From the NCBI GenBank assembly GCA_015075005.1, contig JABTVC010000002.1, positions 694,259-726,258 on the forward strand: a stretch of 32,000 bases of DNA. The letters run 5' to 3'. The notes beneath the pieces were generated by a model, which was not told where the DNA came from, did not search any database, and saw only the letters and a program-made list of their open reading frames with translations. Of the stretch, positions 9,778 through 18,659 are shown piece after piece. Each line of letters starts with the position of its first letter. The first letter of the stretch is position 1. This DNA comes from Planctomycetia bacterium. Its GTDB lineage: Bacteria; Planctomycetota; Brocadiia; Brocadiales; Brocadiaceae. Both the position numbers and the translations under genes were made by a program.

Positions 9778-12435
9778 ATGAAGACAAACGAGATTCGCAG
9801 TAAATTTCTGAAATTTTTTGAAAAAAAATCCCACGTAATCTGGCCGAGCGACTCATTAGTCCCCCAAAATGATCCCACACTCCTCTTTACCGGCGCCGGG
9901 ATGAATCAGTTTAAAGACATGTTTCTGGGTAAAGGGAATTTAAAATTCAAAAAGGCAACTACCTGCCAGAAATGTCTCCGTACCGGTGATATTGATAACG
10001 TAGGGAAGACGGCATCCCATCACACCTTTTTTGAGATGTTGGGAAATTTTTCCTTCGGGGATTATTTTAAAAAAGAGACCATTGAATGGGCGTGGGAATT
10101 CCTGATACAAGAGTTGAAAATTCCCGAGGAGCGTCTGAGTGTAAGTGTTTATAAAGGCGATCAGGAGTCATGCGAAATCTGGGAAAAACACATTGGCGTA
10201 CCCAAGTCAAAGATTTATCAATACGGTGAAAATGACAATTTTTGGCCGGCAAATGCTCCCCTATTAGGTCCTAATGGACCCTGCGGCCCGTGTTCCGAGA
10301 TATTTTACGATCAGGGAGAAAAGGTCGGTTGTGGGAGAAAAGAATGTGAGCCTGCCTGCGATTGTGATCGATTTGTAGAAATATGGAATCTCGTGTTCAC
10401 GCAATATAACCGCACAGAAGGGGGCAAGCTGGTACCCCTGCCCCATAAAAATGTCGATACGGGTATGGGATTGGAAAGGATGGCACGGGTCGTACAGGGC
10501 GTACAAACCAACTTCGATATCGATATCTTCAGTCCTATTATCAAATCCCTAGAAGAAATCACGCAGGTAAAATATAACGGGCACATTGAAAGTGCGGTGC
10601 TTATGCGGCGCATTGCAGATCATGTGAAGGCGTGTGTGTTTTGTATTTCCGACGGTGTCCTGCCCAGCAATGAAGGGCGTGGATATGTTGAGAGACGGTT
10701 ATTACGGCGTGCCATTCGGGATGGCACACAATTAGGCGTAACAGACTGCTTTTTATATAAACTGGTACCCATTGTGAGCAGTGTGATGCAGGAATACTAC
10801 CCGGATATTCAGCAGCGCAGGGAAAATATTGCACGGATTGTTAAAAGCGAAGAAGAAAAATTCCATGAAACTTTAGAGCTGGGAACGGCCCGATTGAAAG
10901 AATTGTTGGATGCGCTACAAAAGGACAGGCAAAAAGTGCTTTCTGGTCAGGAAGCCTTTAAATTATACGATACCTATGGCTTCCCTTTGGATATGACTGA
11001 ATCGATTCTCAATGAGAAAGGATTTGCAGTAGATAAGGATGGATTTGAAAATGAGCTTAAGAAACAGCGGTTGCAGGCAAGGGCGTCGTCCCAGATGACT
11101 GGCCAGGTCTTTGATACAGGGCCGCTGAGCAAGATCAAAGACGTTTCGAAAGGTACTGAATTTCTTGGTTATAAGGAATACTCATGCGAAGCAAAGGTAA
11201 TTGCCATTATCCAGGAAGACCAACTTGTTGATATGGTTACTGCCGGAAGTGAAATTACGGTAATTTTAGACCGGACTCCTTTTTATGGTGAATCAGGCGG
11301 GCAAGTTGGCGATACGGGCGTTTTGGAATCGGATGGGAACCATATCCGCATTACCGATACAAAAAAGAATAATGATTATATCCTGCACAGAGGAAAGGTG
11401 GTAAAAGGGGAACTGAGAACGGGTGGTTTGGTTCATGCCAGAATTGACACTCAGCGAAGAGACTCTATCAGGCGAAACCATTCGGCAACACATATCCTTC
11501 ATTATGTCTTGCGAAAAGTAATCGGTCAGCATGCAGAGCAGTCAGGATCACTGGTAGCGCCGGACCGGCTTCGTTTTGATTTTCACCATTTCTCTGGTTT
11601 AACAAAAGAAGAATTAGAACGAATCGAAGACCTGGCCAATGAAATAATTTTAGCAAATGTGCCTGTGTCAGTGAATGAATTATCTATCCAGGAGGCAAGG
11701 GATGCCGGTGCAATTGCCCTGTTTGGGGAAAAATACGGGGAAGTGGTAAGGATGGCTTCTCTTGGTGATTTCAGCAAGGAACTGTGCGGCGGCACACATG
11801 TACATTATTCAGGGGAAATTGGATTGTTGAGAATCATCGGGGAGTCATCTGTTGCTGCGGGAGTCAGGCGTATTGATGCAATAACAGGCATCGCGGCATT
11901 AAGCAGGGACAGGGAAAAAGAAAGGCTTATCCAGGAGATGTGTGGTATTCTGAATACCAGCGAGGACAAACTGATTTCAAAGGACCAGGACTTATTAAGT
12001 GAAGTAAAGAATCTCCATAAAGATGTCCACAAGGTAAAACAAAAAGAGATAAGTAGTAAGATCGATTCGTTTGTCGAGAATGCCAAAGAAGTCTCAGGGG
12101 TAAAAATTATTGCAAGGAAACTAGAAAACGCAACGGTAGACGATCTAAGAAAAACAATAGATATGCTCATGAAGTCTGCCCAAGAGATGGCTGTCGTATT
12201 AGGTACTGCTCAAGATGGGCGTGTAACTATAGTTGCCGCCATAAGTCCCGGATTGGTCAAGCGAGGTTTGCATGCAGGAACTGTTTCAAAGGAAGTAGCA
12301 AAGCTGGTTGGAGGTGGCGGGGGCGGAAGACCAGATATGGCGCAGGCGGGCGGGCAATGGGTGGATAAATTAGATGAGGCGATTTGTTTTGCCACCGAGT
12401 TGTTGAGTAAAAAGATACTTGATGCGGTTAGTTAG
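9778..12435 (+). CDS. alaS: Alanine--tRNA ligase
   Basis: 885 aa, with HHTFFEMLGNFSFGDYFK, FWPANAP..GPCGPCSEIFYD, the editing domain HSATHILH...CGGTHV, and C-terminal GGGGGGRPDMAQAGG. Confidence 0.97.
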   Translation: MKTNEIRSKFLKFFEKKSHVIWPSDSLVPQNDPTLLFTGAGMNQFKDMFLGKGNLKFKKATTCQKCLRTGDIDNVGKTASHHTFFEMLGNFSFGDYFKKETIEWAWEFLIQELKIPEERLSVSVYKGDQESCEIWEKHIGVPKSKIYQYGENDNFWPANAPLLGPNGPCGPCSEIFYDQGEKVGCGRKECEPACDCDRFVEIWNLVFTQYNRTEGGKLVPLPHKNVDTGMGLERMARVVQGVQTNFDIDIFSPIIKSLEEITQVKYNGHIESAVLMRRIADHVKACVFCISDGVLPSNEGRGYVERRLLRRAIRDGTQLGVTDCFLYKLVPIVSSVMQEYYPDIQQRRENIARIVKSEEEKFHETLELGTARLKELLDALQKDRQKVLSGQEAFKLYDTYGFPLDMTESILNEKGFAVDKDGFENELKKQRLQARASSQMTGQVFDTGPLSKIKDVSKGTEFLGYKEYSCEAKVIAIIQEDQLVDMVTAGSEITVILDRTPFYGESGGQVGDTGVLESDGNHIRITDTKKNNDYILHRGKVVKGELRTGGLVHARIDTQRRDSIRRNHSATHILHYVLRKVIGQHAEQSGSLVAPDRLRFDFHHFSGLTKEELERIEDLANEIILANVPVSVNELSIQEARDAGAIALFGEKYGEVVRMASLGDFSKELCGGTHVHYSGEIGLLRIIGESSVAAGVRRIDAITGIAALSRDREKERLIQEMCGILNTSEDKLISKDQDLLSEVKNLHKDVHKVKQKEISSKIDSFVENAKEVSGVKIIARKLENATVDDLRKTIDMLMKSAQEMAVVLGTAQDGRVTIVAAISPGLVKRGLHAGTVSKEVAKLVGGGGGGRPDMAQAGGQWVDKLDEAICFATELLSKKILDAVS

Positions 12436-12504
12436 CCTGCCATAGGTCGGAATAACGAAGAACCATCGATATATGCCCAGGCATTTTAATATCTGAGTTT
12501 TTGC

Positions 12505-12533
12505 TTGACAATGATGGCGTATCTCTATAGAAT
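12505..12533 (+). promoter_or_regulatory. Candidate sigma-70 promoter upstream of rpmF-plsX-fab
   Basis: TTGACA (12505-12510), a 17-nt spacer, then TAGAAT (12528-12533), about 190 nt upstream of rpmF. Confidence 0.4.
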
Positions 12534-12726
12534 TTCCCGATTGAAGGTGAAGCACATCATGTGTTTTATGCAGCGCTAACAGACGTGTAACACTATAGTT
12601 AAGGCCAAGAAAGTAAAAAAATATTGACGGGGTAATAAAAGGCCGGGATTGGAATAGTGCTGACATTTTTTGTGTGCCTGCTGCCCCTATTTTGAAATGT
12701 AAATGAAACTTTTATCGAGGTGATAC

Positions 12727-12954
12727 ATGCCCAATCCAAAGAGAAGGTTTTCGAATTCAAGGACTCGTAAGAGACGCACCCACGACAAGTTAACTCCACC
12801 TGTTATTCCGCTTGATGAAAACATCGGAAAAGGCTCCGGTATACGTTCAAAGCTTTATATTTGTTCGCATTGCAAACAGGTAAATCAGCCACACACGGTT
12901 TGTCATAACTGTGGCTATTACAGAGGCAAACAGGTTGTTTCTGTGGGAAAGTAG
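12727..12954 (+). CDS. rpmF: 50S ribosomal protein L32 (Zn-ribbon form, with an internal insertion)
   Basis: MPNPKRRFSNSRTRKRRTHDKL, then CSHC..(12 residues)..CHNCGYYRGKQVV. At 75 aa it is longer than the 57-aa E. coli protein. It is followed by plsX, as in the classical operon. Confidence 0.9.
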   Translation: MPNPKRRFSNSRTRKRRTHDKLTPPVIPLDENIGKGSGIRSKLYICSHCKQVNQPHTVCHNCGYYRGKQVVSVGK

Positions 12955-12958
12955 GACT

Positions 12959-13975
12959 ATGAATGTTGCAGTAGATGCAATGGGTGGGGACAAGGCTCCA
13001 CATGAGGTAGTTAAGGGTGCGATTCTGGCTGCCCGGCAATTTTCCGATAGTGAGATTTTGCTGGTTGGTGACGAAAAAGCAATACAGCGGGAATTAGATT
13101 CTTATGAGGTCATCCCGAAAAATATTACCACTCATCATACATCTCAAGTGGTTAGCATGCATGACCCAGCGACTTATTCCATACGCCAAAAATCGAATTC
13201 ATCAATTACCCGCAGTGTAGAGCTTGTGGCAAATGGTAAGGCTGCCGCTGTTGTGAGTGCAGGACACACAGGCGCAGCGGTAGCAGCGGCCACCATGCAT
13301 TTGCGAACTCTGGAAGGGGTGCGTCGTTCGGGTATTGCTGCTCCTTTTCCAACTCGGCATGGAATGTGTCTGATTGTTGACGTAGGGGCAAATATTGCCT
13401 GTAAGCCAATACATCTCTACCAGTACGGCGTCATGGCGGCGATATATAGTAAATACATCTATGATGTTGAAAATCCTCGGGTGGGACTTCTGAATATAGG
13501 CGAAGAGGATGCAAAGGGGAATGATCTGGCAAAAGAAACGTTTGCCCTTTTTTCCCATTCACATTTAAATTTCGTGGGAAATATAGAAGGCCGCGAAATA
13601 CTTGATGGTAAGGCCGATATTGTTGTTTGTGACGGTTTTGTAGGGAATGTTATCCTGAAATTCGGAGAAGGATTAGCGATGAGTCTTCTGTCAGAGATTC
13701 GGGAAGAAGCAATGAAGAGCTTCTGGGCGAAGTTGGGTCTGTTATTGTGCAAGCCGGCATTTGTCCATTTAAAGGCTAAAATGGACTTTGCCGAATATGG
13801 CGGGGCTCCTCTGCTTGGTGTTAATGGTGTGTGTATTATATGCCACGGCAGGTCCGATTCCAGGGCCATCCAAAATGCTGTAAGGGTCGCATTACAGGTA
13901 TCAAAAAGCAAAGTCAACGAATATATTGTTTCCGGGCTGGAAAAGGTCTGTGTACCTACGGCAAATGTTACGTAA
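12959..13975 (+). CDS. plsX: Phosphate acyltransferase PlsX
   Basis: MNVAVDAMGGDKAP start at 12959. The track ORF from 12911 overlaps rpmF and is not needed. Also GHTGA, GAPLLGVNGVCIICHGRS. Confidence 0.93.
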   Translation: MNVAVDAMGGDKAPHEVVKGAILAARQFSDSEILLVGDEKAIQRELDSYEVIPKNITTHHTSQVVSMHDPATYSIRQKSNSSITRSVELVANGKAAAVVSAGHTGAAVAAATMHLRTLEGVRRSGIAAPFPTRHGMCLIVDVGANIACKPIHLYQYGVMAAIYSKYIYDVENPRVGLLNIGEEDAKGNDLAKETFALFSHSHLNFVGNIEGREILDGKADIVVCDGFVGNVILKFGEGLAMSLLSEIREEAMKSFWAKLGLLLCKPAFVHLKAKMDFAEYGGAPLLGVNGVCIICHGRSDSRAIQNAVRVALQVSKSKVNEYIVSGLEKVCVPTANVT

Positions 13976-14021
13976 CCGATTCGCCACCTATCAGTCTCCT
14001 TTGGGCAATTTATAATTATAC

Positions 14022-15011
14022 ATGCAACATAATCAAAGGGCATCTATTACAGGTATTGGATCCTACCTGCCAAGTAAGGTTTTAACAAACTACGATTTAG
14101 AAAAGATGGTTGATACCAGCGATGAGTGGATTATCCAGCGAACTGGTATTAGGGAACGCCGCATAGTTGAAAATGGTCAAATAACGTCTGATCTTGCCAC
14201 TCAGGCATCGTTAAGGGCAATGGAAGATGCGGGGGTTCCTCCTGAAGATATAGACATGATTATTACCTCAACAATTACACCTGACCATTTCTTTCCTTCG
14301 ACTTCGTGTTATGTACAACAGAAAATAGGCGCATACAGGGCAAGTGCCTTTGATATATTGGCAGCATGTGCTGGATTTATCTACGCACTATCTGTTGGAG
14401 AAAGTTTTGTAAATTCAGGGGCGATGAAAACCGTCCTGGTGGTAGGAGCCGAATGTTTATCAAAGATCACAGATTATACTGATCGTTCAACCTGCATATT
14501 GTTTGGTGACGGTGCGGGTGCAGTCGTTATACAAAAAAGCCAGACAAAACACGAAATTCTTTCTACAAGCCTGGCTGCCGATGGGTCACAGGCAGATGTT
14601 CTCATCATGCCTGGGGGCGGAGCGAAGAACCCTGCCTCTTTAGAATCGATTCAACAACGGTTACATTATATTCGATTTAAAGGGAAAGAGGTATTCAAAC
14701 TGGCAATTAATAATATAACAAACTTGATTATCGACACCGTAAATAAAAACGGCCTCGACCTTGAGGATATAGACTTAATTATTCCTCATCAAAGCAATCT
14801 GAGGATTATTGAAGCGACTATGGAAAAGCTTGGGTTGCCCATGGAAAAGGCGGTTGTGAGTATTGATAAATACGGAAACACATCCTCTGCTTCCATTCCT
14901 ATTGCGATTGATGAGGCCAGAAGGGACGGCCGCCTCTCCAAAGGAAATGTTGTTATGCTCGTGGCATTTGGAGGAGGGTTAACATGGGGGTCTTCGATTA
15001 TTAGATGGTAA
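14022..15011 (+). CDS. fabH: 3-oxoacyl-ACP synthase III
   Basis: ITGIGSYLPSKVLTNYDLEKMVDTSDEWIIQRTGIRERR, active-site AACAGF, HQSNLRII, GNTSSASIP. Confidence 0.95.
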   Translation: MQHNQRASITGIGSYLPSKVLTNYDLEKMVDTSDEWIIQRTGIRERRIVENGQITSDLATQASLRAMEDAGVPPEDIDMIITSTITPDHFFPSTSCYVQQKIGAYRASAFDILAACAGFIYALSVGESFVNSGAMKTVLVVGAECLSKITDYTDRSTCILFGDGAGAVVIQKSQTKHEILSTSLAADGSQADVLIMPGGGAKNPASLESIQQRLHYIRFKGKEVFKLAINNITNLIIDTVNKNGLDLEDIDLIIPHQSNLRIIEATMEKLGLPMEKAVVSIDKYGNTSSASIPIAIDEARRDGRLSKGNVVMLVAFGGGLTWGSSIIRW

Positions 15012-15958
15012 AGGACATGCGAAAGACCGCATTTCTTTTCCCTGGCCAGGGTGCACAATACGTGGGAATGGGAAAGGATTTTTATGCCTCTTTTAAAGAG
15101 GCGCGGGAGATATTTGAGCAGGCAAATGCGATTCTTGGATTTGATTTAGCTGCGCTTTGTTTTCAGGGAAAACAGGAGGAGTTAAACAAAACCTCTGTTT
15201 GCCAGCCTGCCATACTCGTAAATAGTTTGGCAATATTGGAAGTCTTAAAAACAAATTCTGCATTGTGTGGAGATACCTGTCATGCTGCTGCGGGACTGAG
15301 TCTGGGAGAATATACAGCGCACGTATCTGCCGGTTCCATGGCTTATCAGGATGCCGTGAGATTGGTGTATAGGCGTGGGATATTTATGCAGGAAGCGTGC
15401 AATACAAATCCGGGTGGAATGGTTTGTATTATTGGATTGGGAGACGAAAAAGTAGAGCAGCTTTGCGCAGAAATGAAGCCATTGGGAATTATTTGTGCCG
15501 CAAATTATAATAGTCCGGAACAGGTTGTTATCTCCGGCGAAAAGACCCTGTTGGAAAAGGCGTCTATTCTGGCTAAGGAGCGGGGAGCAAGGATGGTTGT
15601 TTCTTTAAGAGTCGACGGGGCATTTCATTCAGATTTAATGAGCCCTGCAAGTAATAGGCTTTCAGAGGAACTGGAAACAACGCCAATCTCGAAACCAAAT
15701 ATTCCGGTGGTAGCCAACATTCATGCACACTATGTAAGAGAGCCAGGGGAGATAAAAACATCCCTGGCAAAACAATTAAATAGTCCCGTGCGGTGGCACC
15801 AGTCGATCACGATGCTGATACAAGACGGATTTAATCAGTTTTATGAAATTGGTCCCGGCAAAACGCTATCAGGACTTATGAAAAGGATTGACCCGGCTCA
15901 GGAAATCAAAAACATTGACACCGTAGCAGCCTTTGAAAATATAGTAAAATCGAATTAA
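15005..15958 (+). CDS. fabD: Malonyl CoA-ACP transacylase
   Basis: AFLFPGQGAQYVGMG, GLSLGEYTA (GxSxG), VDGAFHS. The start could be ATG 15005 (overlapping the fabH stop) or ATG 15017. Confidence 0.93.
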   Translation: MVKDMRKTAFLFPGQGAQYVGMGKDFYASFKEAREIFEQANAILGFDLAALCFQGKQEELNKTSVCQPAILVNSLAILEVLKTNSALCGDTCHAAAGLSLGEYTAHVSAGSMAYQDAVRLVYRRGIFMQEACNTNPGGMVCIIGLGDEKVEQLCAEMKPLGIICAANYNSPEQVVISGEKTLLEKASILAKERGARMVVSLRVDGAFHSDLMSPASNRLSEELETTPISKPNIPVVANIHAHYVREPGEIKTSLAKQLNSPVRWHQSITMLIQDGFNQFYEIGPGKTLSGLMKRIDPAQEIKNIDTVAAFENIVKSN

Positions 15959-15981
15959 TTTTAGTATAAGGAGGTAAAACC

Positions 15982-16215
15982 GTGCCAGCAGTTGAAGATA
16001 AGGTTAAAGAAATTATCACAAAACAAATGGGGGTAAAAACCGAACAAATTACATCAGAGACGTCTTTTATTAATGATCTTGGCGCTGATTCTTTAGATAC
16101 TGTAGAACTCATTATGGAATTTGAAGACGCTTTTGATATGAATATTCCCGATGAAGATGCAGAGAAGATCCGGACTGTAGGAGACGCTGTTAAATACATA
16201 AAGGAACACAAATAA
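15982..16215 (+). CDS. acpP: Acyl carrier protein
   Basis: GTG start after AAGGAGG. Phosphopantetheine site [16 protein letters not shown]. Confidence 0.95.
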   Translation: MPAVEDKVKEIITKQMGVKTEQITSETSFINDLGADSLDTVELIMEFEDAFDMNIPDEDAEKIRTVGDAVKYIKEHK

Positions 16216-17460
16216 ATGCAGAAACAGCAAAGGGTCGTTATTACCGGTGTTGGCGCTATTACACCTCTTGGGCATGAGAAAGAACAAATCTGGTCAGCAC
16301 TCTGTGAAGGGAAAAGTGGCATAAAGCCCATCACTTCTTTTGACACATCTGCCCATGAAGTACACTTCGGCGGTGAGATCAGCGACTTTGACCCGACTGA
16401 ATGGTTTGAGATTAAGGAGGCACGCCGGTTAGATCGCTTTGCACAATTCGCCGTTGTTGCCGCAATCCAGGCCTTGAAAGATGCCGGACTGAAATTGGAA
16501 GGCTTTGACAAGACGAGAATTGGGGTTGTGATTGGTTCCGGCATGGGAGGTTTGTTAGAGCTTGAGACCCAACATGGAATTCTCATGAACAAAGGGCCTT
16601 CCCGAATTTCTCCTTTCATGGTTCCTAAACTCATGGTCAACGCGGCATCGGCGCAGGTGGCAATACGATTTGGACTGAAAGGCCCCAATTATGCATTGGT
16701 AACGGCATGTACCACCGGTGTCAATGCGATAGGCGAAGCAGTTCGTATTATCCAAAGAGGTGATGCCGATATCATGATTGCCGGTAGTTCTGAGGCGGTA
16801 ATCAGTCCCTTGGGTCTTGCCGGGTTTAGTGCTATGAAAGCACTTTCTACCCGCAATGACGCCCCACAAAAGGCCAGCCGTCCGTTTGATAAGCACCGGG
16901 ATGGTTTTGTCATCTCTGAGGGCGCGGGCGTTGTTGTGATTGAAGCACTCGAGACAGCAAGGAAAAGAGGAGCAGATATTTATGCGGAGATACTGGGATA
17001 TGGACTCAATGGAGATGCATATCATATTGCAGCACCTGAACCAGATGGTAATGGCGCAATGCGATGTATGACGAGTGCCCTGAAAGACGCACAGTGCAAT
17101 GCGGAGGAAATTGATTATATTAATGCACATGCCACATCAACCCCAATCGGTGATAATATCGAAATAAAAGCACTCATGAAAGTTTTGGGAGGGCATGCAC
17201 AAAAAATACCCATAAGTTCTACAAAGTCTATGCTGGGGCATCAACTTGGTGCTTCGGGAAGTGTCGAAGCTATAATCTGTGCCTTGGTAATAAAGGAAGG
17301 TGTAATTCCTCCAACAATCAATTATGAAACACCTGACCCTGAATGCTCGGGATTAGATTTTGTTCCCAATGTGGCCCGTGAAAAGAAGGTCAAAAAGGCA
17401 CTTTCTAATTCATTCGGTTTCGGCGGGCACAATGCCAGTATCGTCCTTGGACAGGTGTAA
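16216..17460 (+). CDS. fabF: 3-oxoacyl-ACP synthase II
   Basis: VVITGVGAITPLG, the active-site Cys in VTACTTGVNAIG, NAHATSTPIGD, GHQLGASG, NSFGFGGHNASIV. Confidence 0.95.
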   Translation: MQKQQRVVITGVGAITPLGHEKEQIWSALCEGKSGIKPITSFDTSAHEVHFGGEISDFDPTEWFEIKEARRLDRFAQFAVVAAIQALKDAGLKLEGFDKTRIGVVIGSGMGGLLELETQHGILMNKGPSRISPFMVPKLMVNAASAQVAIRFGLKGPNYALVTACTTGVNAIGEAVRIIQRGDADIMIAGSSEAVISPLGLAGFSAMKALSTRNDAPQKASRPFDKHRDGFVISEGAGVVVIEALETARKRGADIYAEILGYGLNGDAYHIAAPEPDGNGAMRCMTSALKDAQCNAEEIDYINAHATSTPIGDNIEIKALMKVLGGHAQKIPISSTKSMLGHQLGASGSVEAIICALVIKEGVIPPTINYETPDPECSGLDFVPNVAREKKVKKALSNSFGFGGHNASIVLGQV

Positions 17461-17631
17461 GCATACAAACTTAAACGCAATCATCTCACAACAGCGGTTA
17501 ATTTTCACCATTTTACAACCCCTTTTTCCGTCTCTTCTCGTTAAATTGAAGATTTACAGATAGTTCCATTTATGATACATTGTGCAGGAAATCACTGGTT
17601 ACGTTATCAAGAAAATGTTCTATCGTGATGT

Positions 17632-18642
17632 ATGAAATTTACGCTAAATGAAATTGAATCTATTATTGGTGGGAAAATCATAGGCAATGGAGATACCTGT
17701 ATCACAGGTATTGCCGGCGTTGAAGTTGCAAAAGAAGGGGATATAACCTTTATCAGGAACGACACGTTAATCCAGCAGGCTTTGGCATCTCAGGCTTCCG
17801 CAATAATTTTACATCGCGTGATACAAGCGCTTAAAAAACCACAAATCGTCATAGAAAATCCATACCATGCTTTTACACGTCTTATGGAAGTTGTGGCAAG
17901 GGAAAGATATAAGCGGCCGGCAGGCATTCACCCTACGGCCATTATTAGTAAAACAGTCACCATGGGAGAAGGGTGTTCGGTTGGAGCACATGTTGTTATA
18001 GAAGACAGCGTGATAATAGGGCGCAATGTTACCATGTATCCAAACACATTTATTGGGAAGGAGAGTCGCATTGGAGATAACACTACTATCTATGCCAACG
18101 TCTCTCTGAGAGAAAACACCCTTGTAGGCAAACGGGTTATTATTCATTGTAATAGCGTTATCGGAGATGATGGATTTGGCTATCTTCAAATGGAAAAGAG
18201 ACACATCAAGATACCACAAATTGGAATGGTTGAAATAGGAGATGATGTAGAAATTGGTGCCATGGTGACAATCTGCCGTGCTGCACTCGATAAAACAAGT
18301 ATCGGAAACGGCGTCAAGATAGACAACCATTCCCATATTGCCCATAATGTTACTATAGGGGACAACACCATGCTCATTGCGTATGCCAAGATTGCGGGGA
18401 GCGCCAGAATTGGGAAGAACGTCCTGATTGCGGAAGATGTCGGCATTACCGATCATGTATCTGTCGGTGATAATTGTATCGTCGGTGGAGGTTCCAATGT
18501 TTACAAAAGCTTAGAAGCTGGTTCTATGGTGTGGGGTTCACCAGCCAAGCCCATTACAGAAGAGAAACGCATCCAGGTATTAATCAAAAAATTACCCGAG
18601 ATGTATAGTGCAATCAAACGACTTGTAAAAACATCACAATAA
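17632..18642 (+). CDS. lpxD: UDP-3-O-acylglucosamine N-acyltransferase
   Basis: N-terminal LpxD domain, a long run of left-handed beta-helix hexapeptide repeats, and GDDGFGY. It is not followed by fabZ-lpxA here. Confidence 0.88.
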   Translation: MKFTLNEIESIIGGKIIGNGDTCITGIAGVEVAKEGDITFIRNDTLIQQALASQASAIILHRVIQALKKPQIVIENPYHAFTRLMEVVARERYKRPAGIHPTAIISKTVTMGEGCSVGAHVVIEDSVIIGRNVTMYPNTFIGKESRIGDNTTIYANVSLRENTLVGKRVIIHCNSVIGDDGFGYLQMEKRHIKIPQIGMVEIGDDVEIGAMVTICRAALDKTSIGNGVKIDNHSHIAHNVTIGDNTMLIAYAKIAGSARIGKNVLIAEDVGITDHVSVGDNCIVGGGSNVYKSLEAGSMVWGSPAKPITEEKRIQVLIKKLPEMYSAIKRLVKTSQ

Positions 18643-18659
18643 TTTTAAGGGGAAAACGT

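Noticed and set aside
12911-12958. Upstream extension of plsX that overlaps rpmF
   Set aside because: The extension (MAITEANRLFLWESRT) is not PlsX-like and overlaps the L32 C-terminus. The conserved MNVAVDAMGGD start at 12959 follows the rpmF stop by 4 nt.
13459-14043. 194-aa ORF on the minus strand
   Set aside because: It is antisense to plsX and the plsX-fabH junction, with no recognisable motif and no RBS context.
15906-16688. 260-aa ORF on the minus strand
   Set aside because: It lies entirely antisense to acpP and fabF, whose identities are certain. Its sequence is low-complexity and Ser/Pro/Cys-rich with no motif. This is a shadow ORF.
17809-18456. 215-aa and 86-aa ORFs on the minus strand
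   Set aside because: They are antisense to the hexapeptide-repeat region of lpxD. The periodic codon usage of the beta-helix keeps the opposite frame open.
18643-18659. glmS ribozyme upstream of glmS
   Set aside because: The gap between lpxD and glmS is only 17 nt, which leaves no room for the ribozyme.
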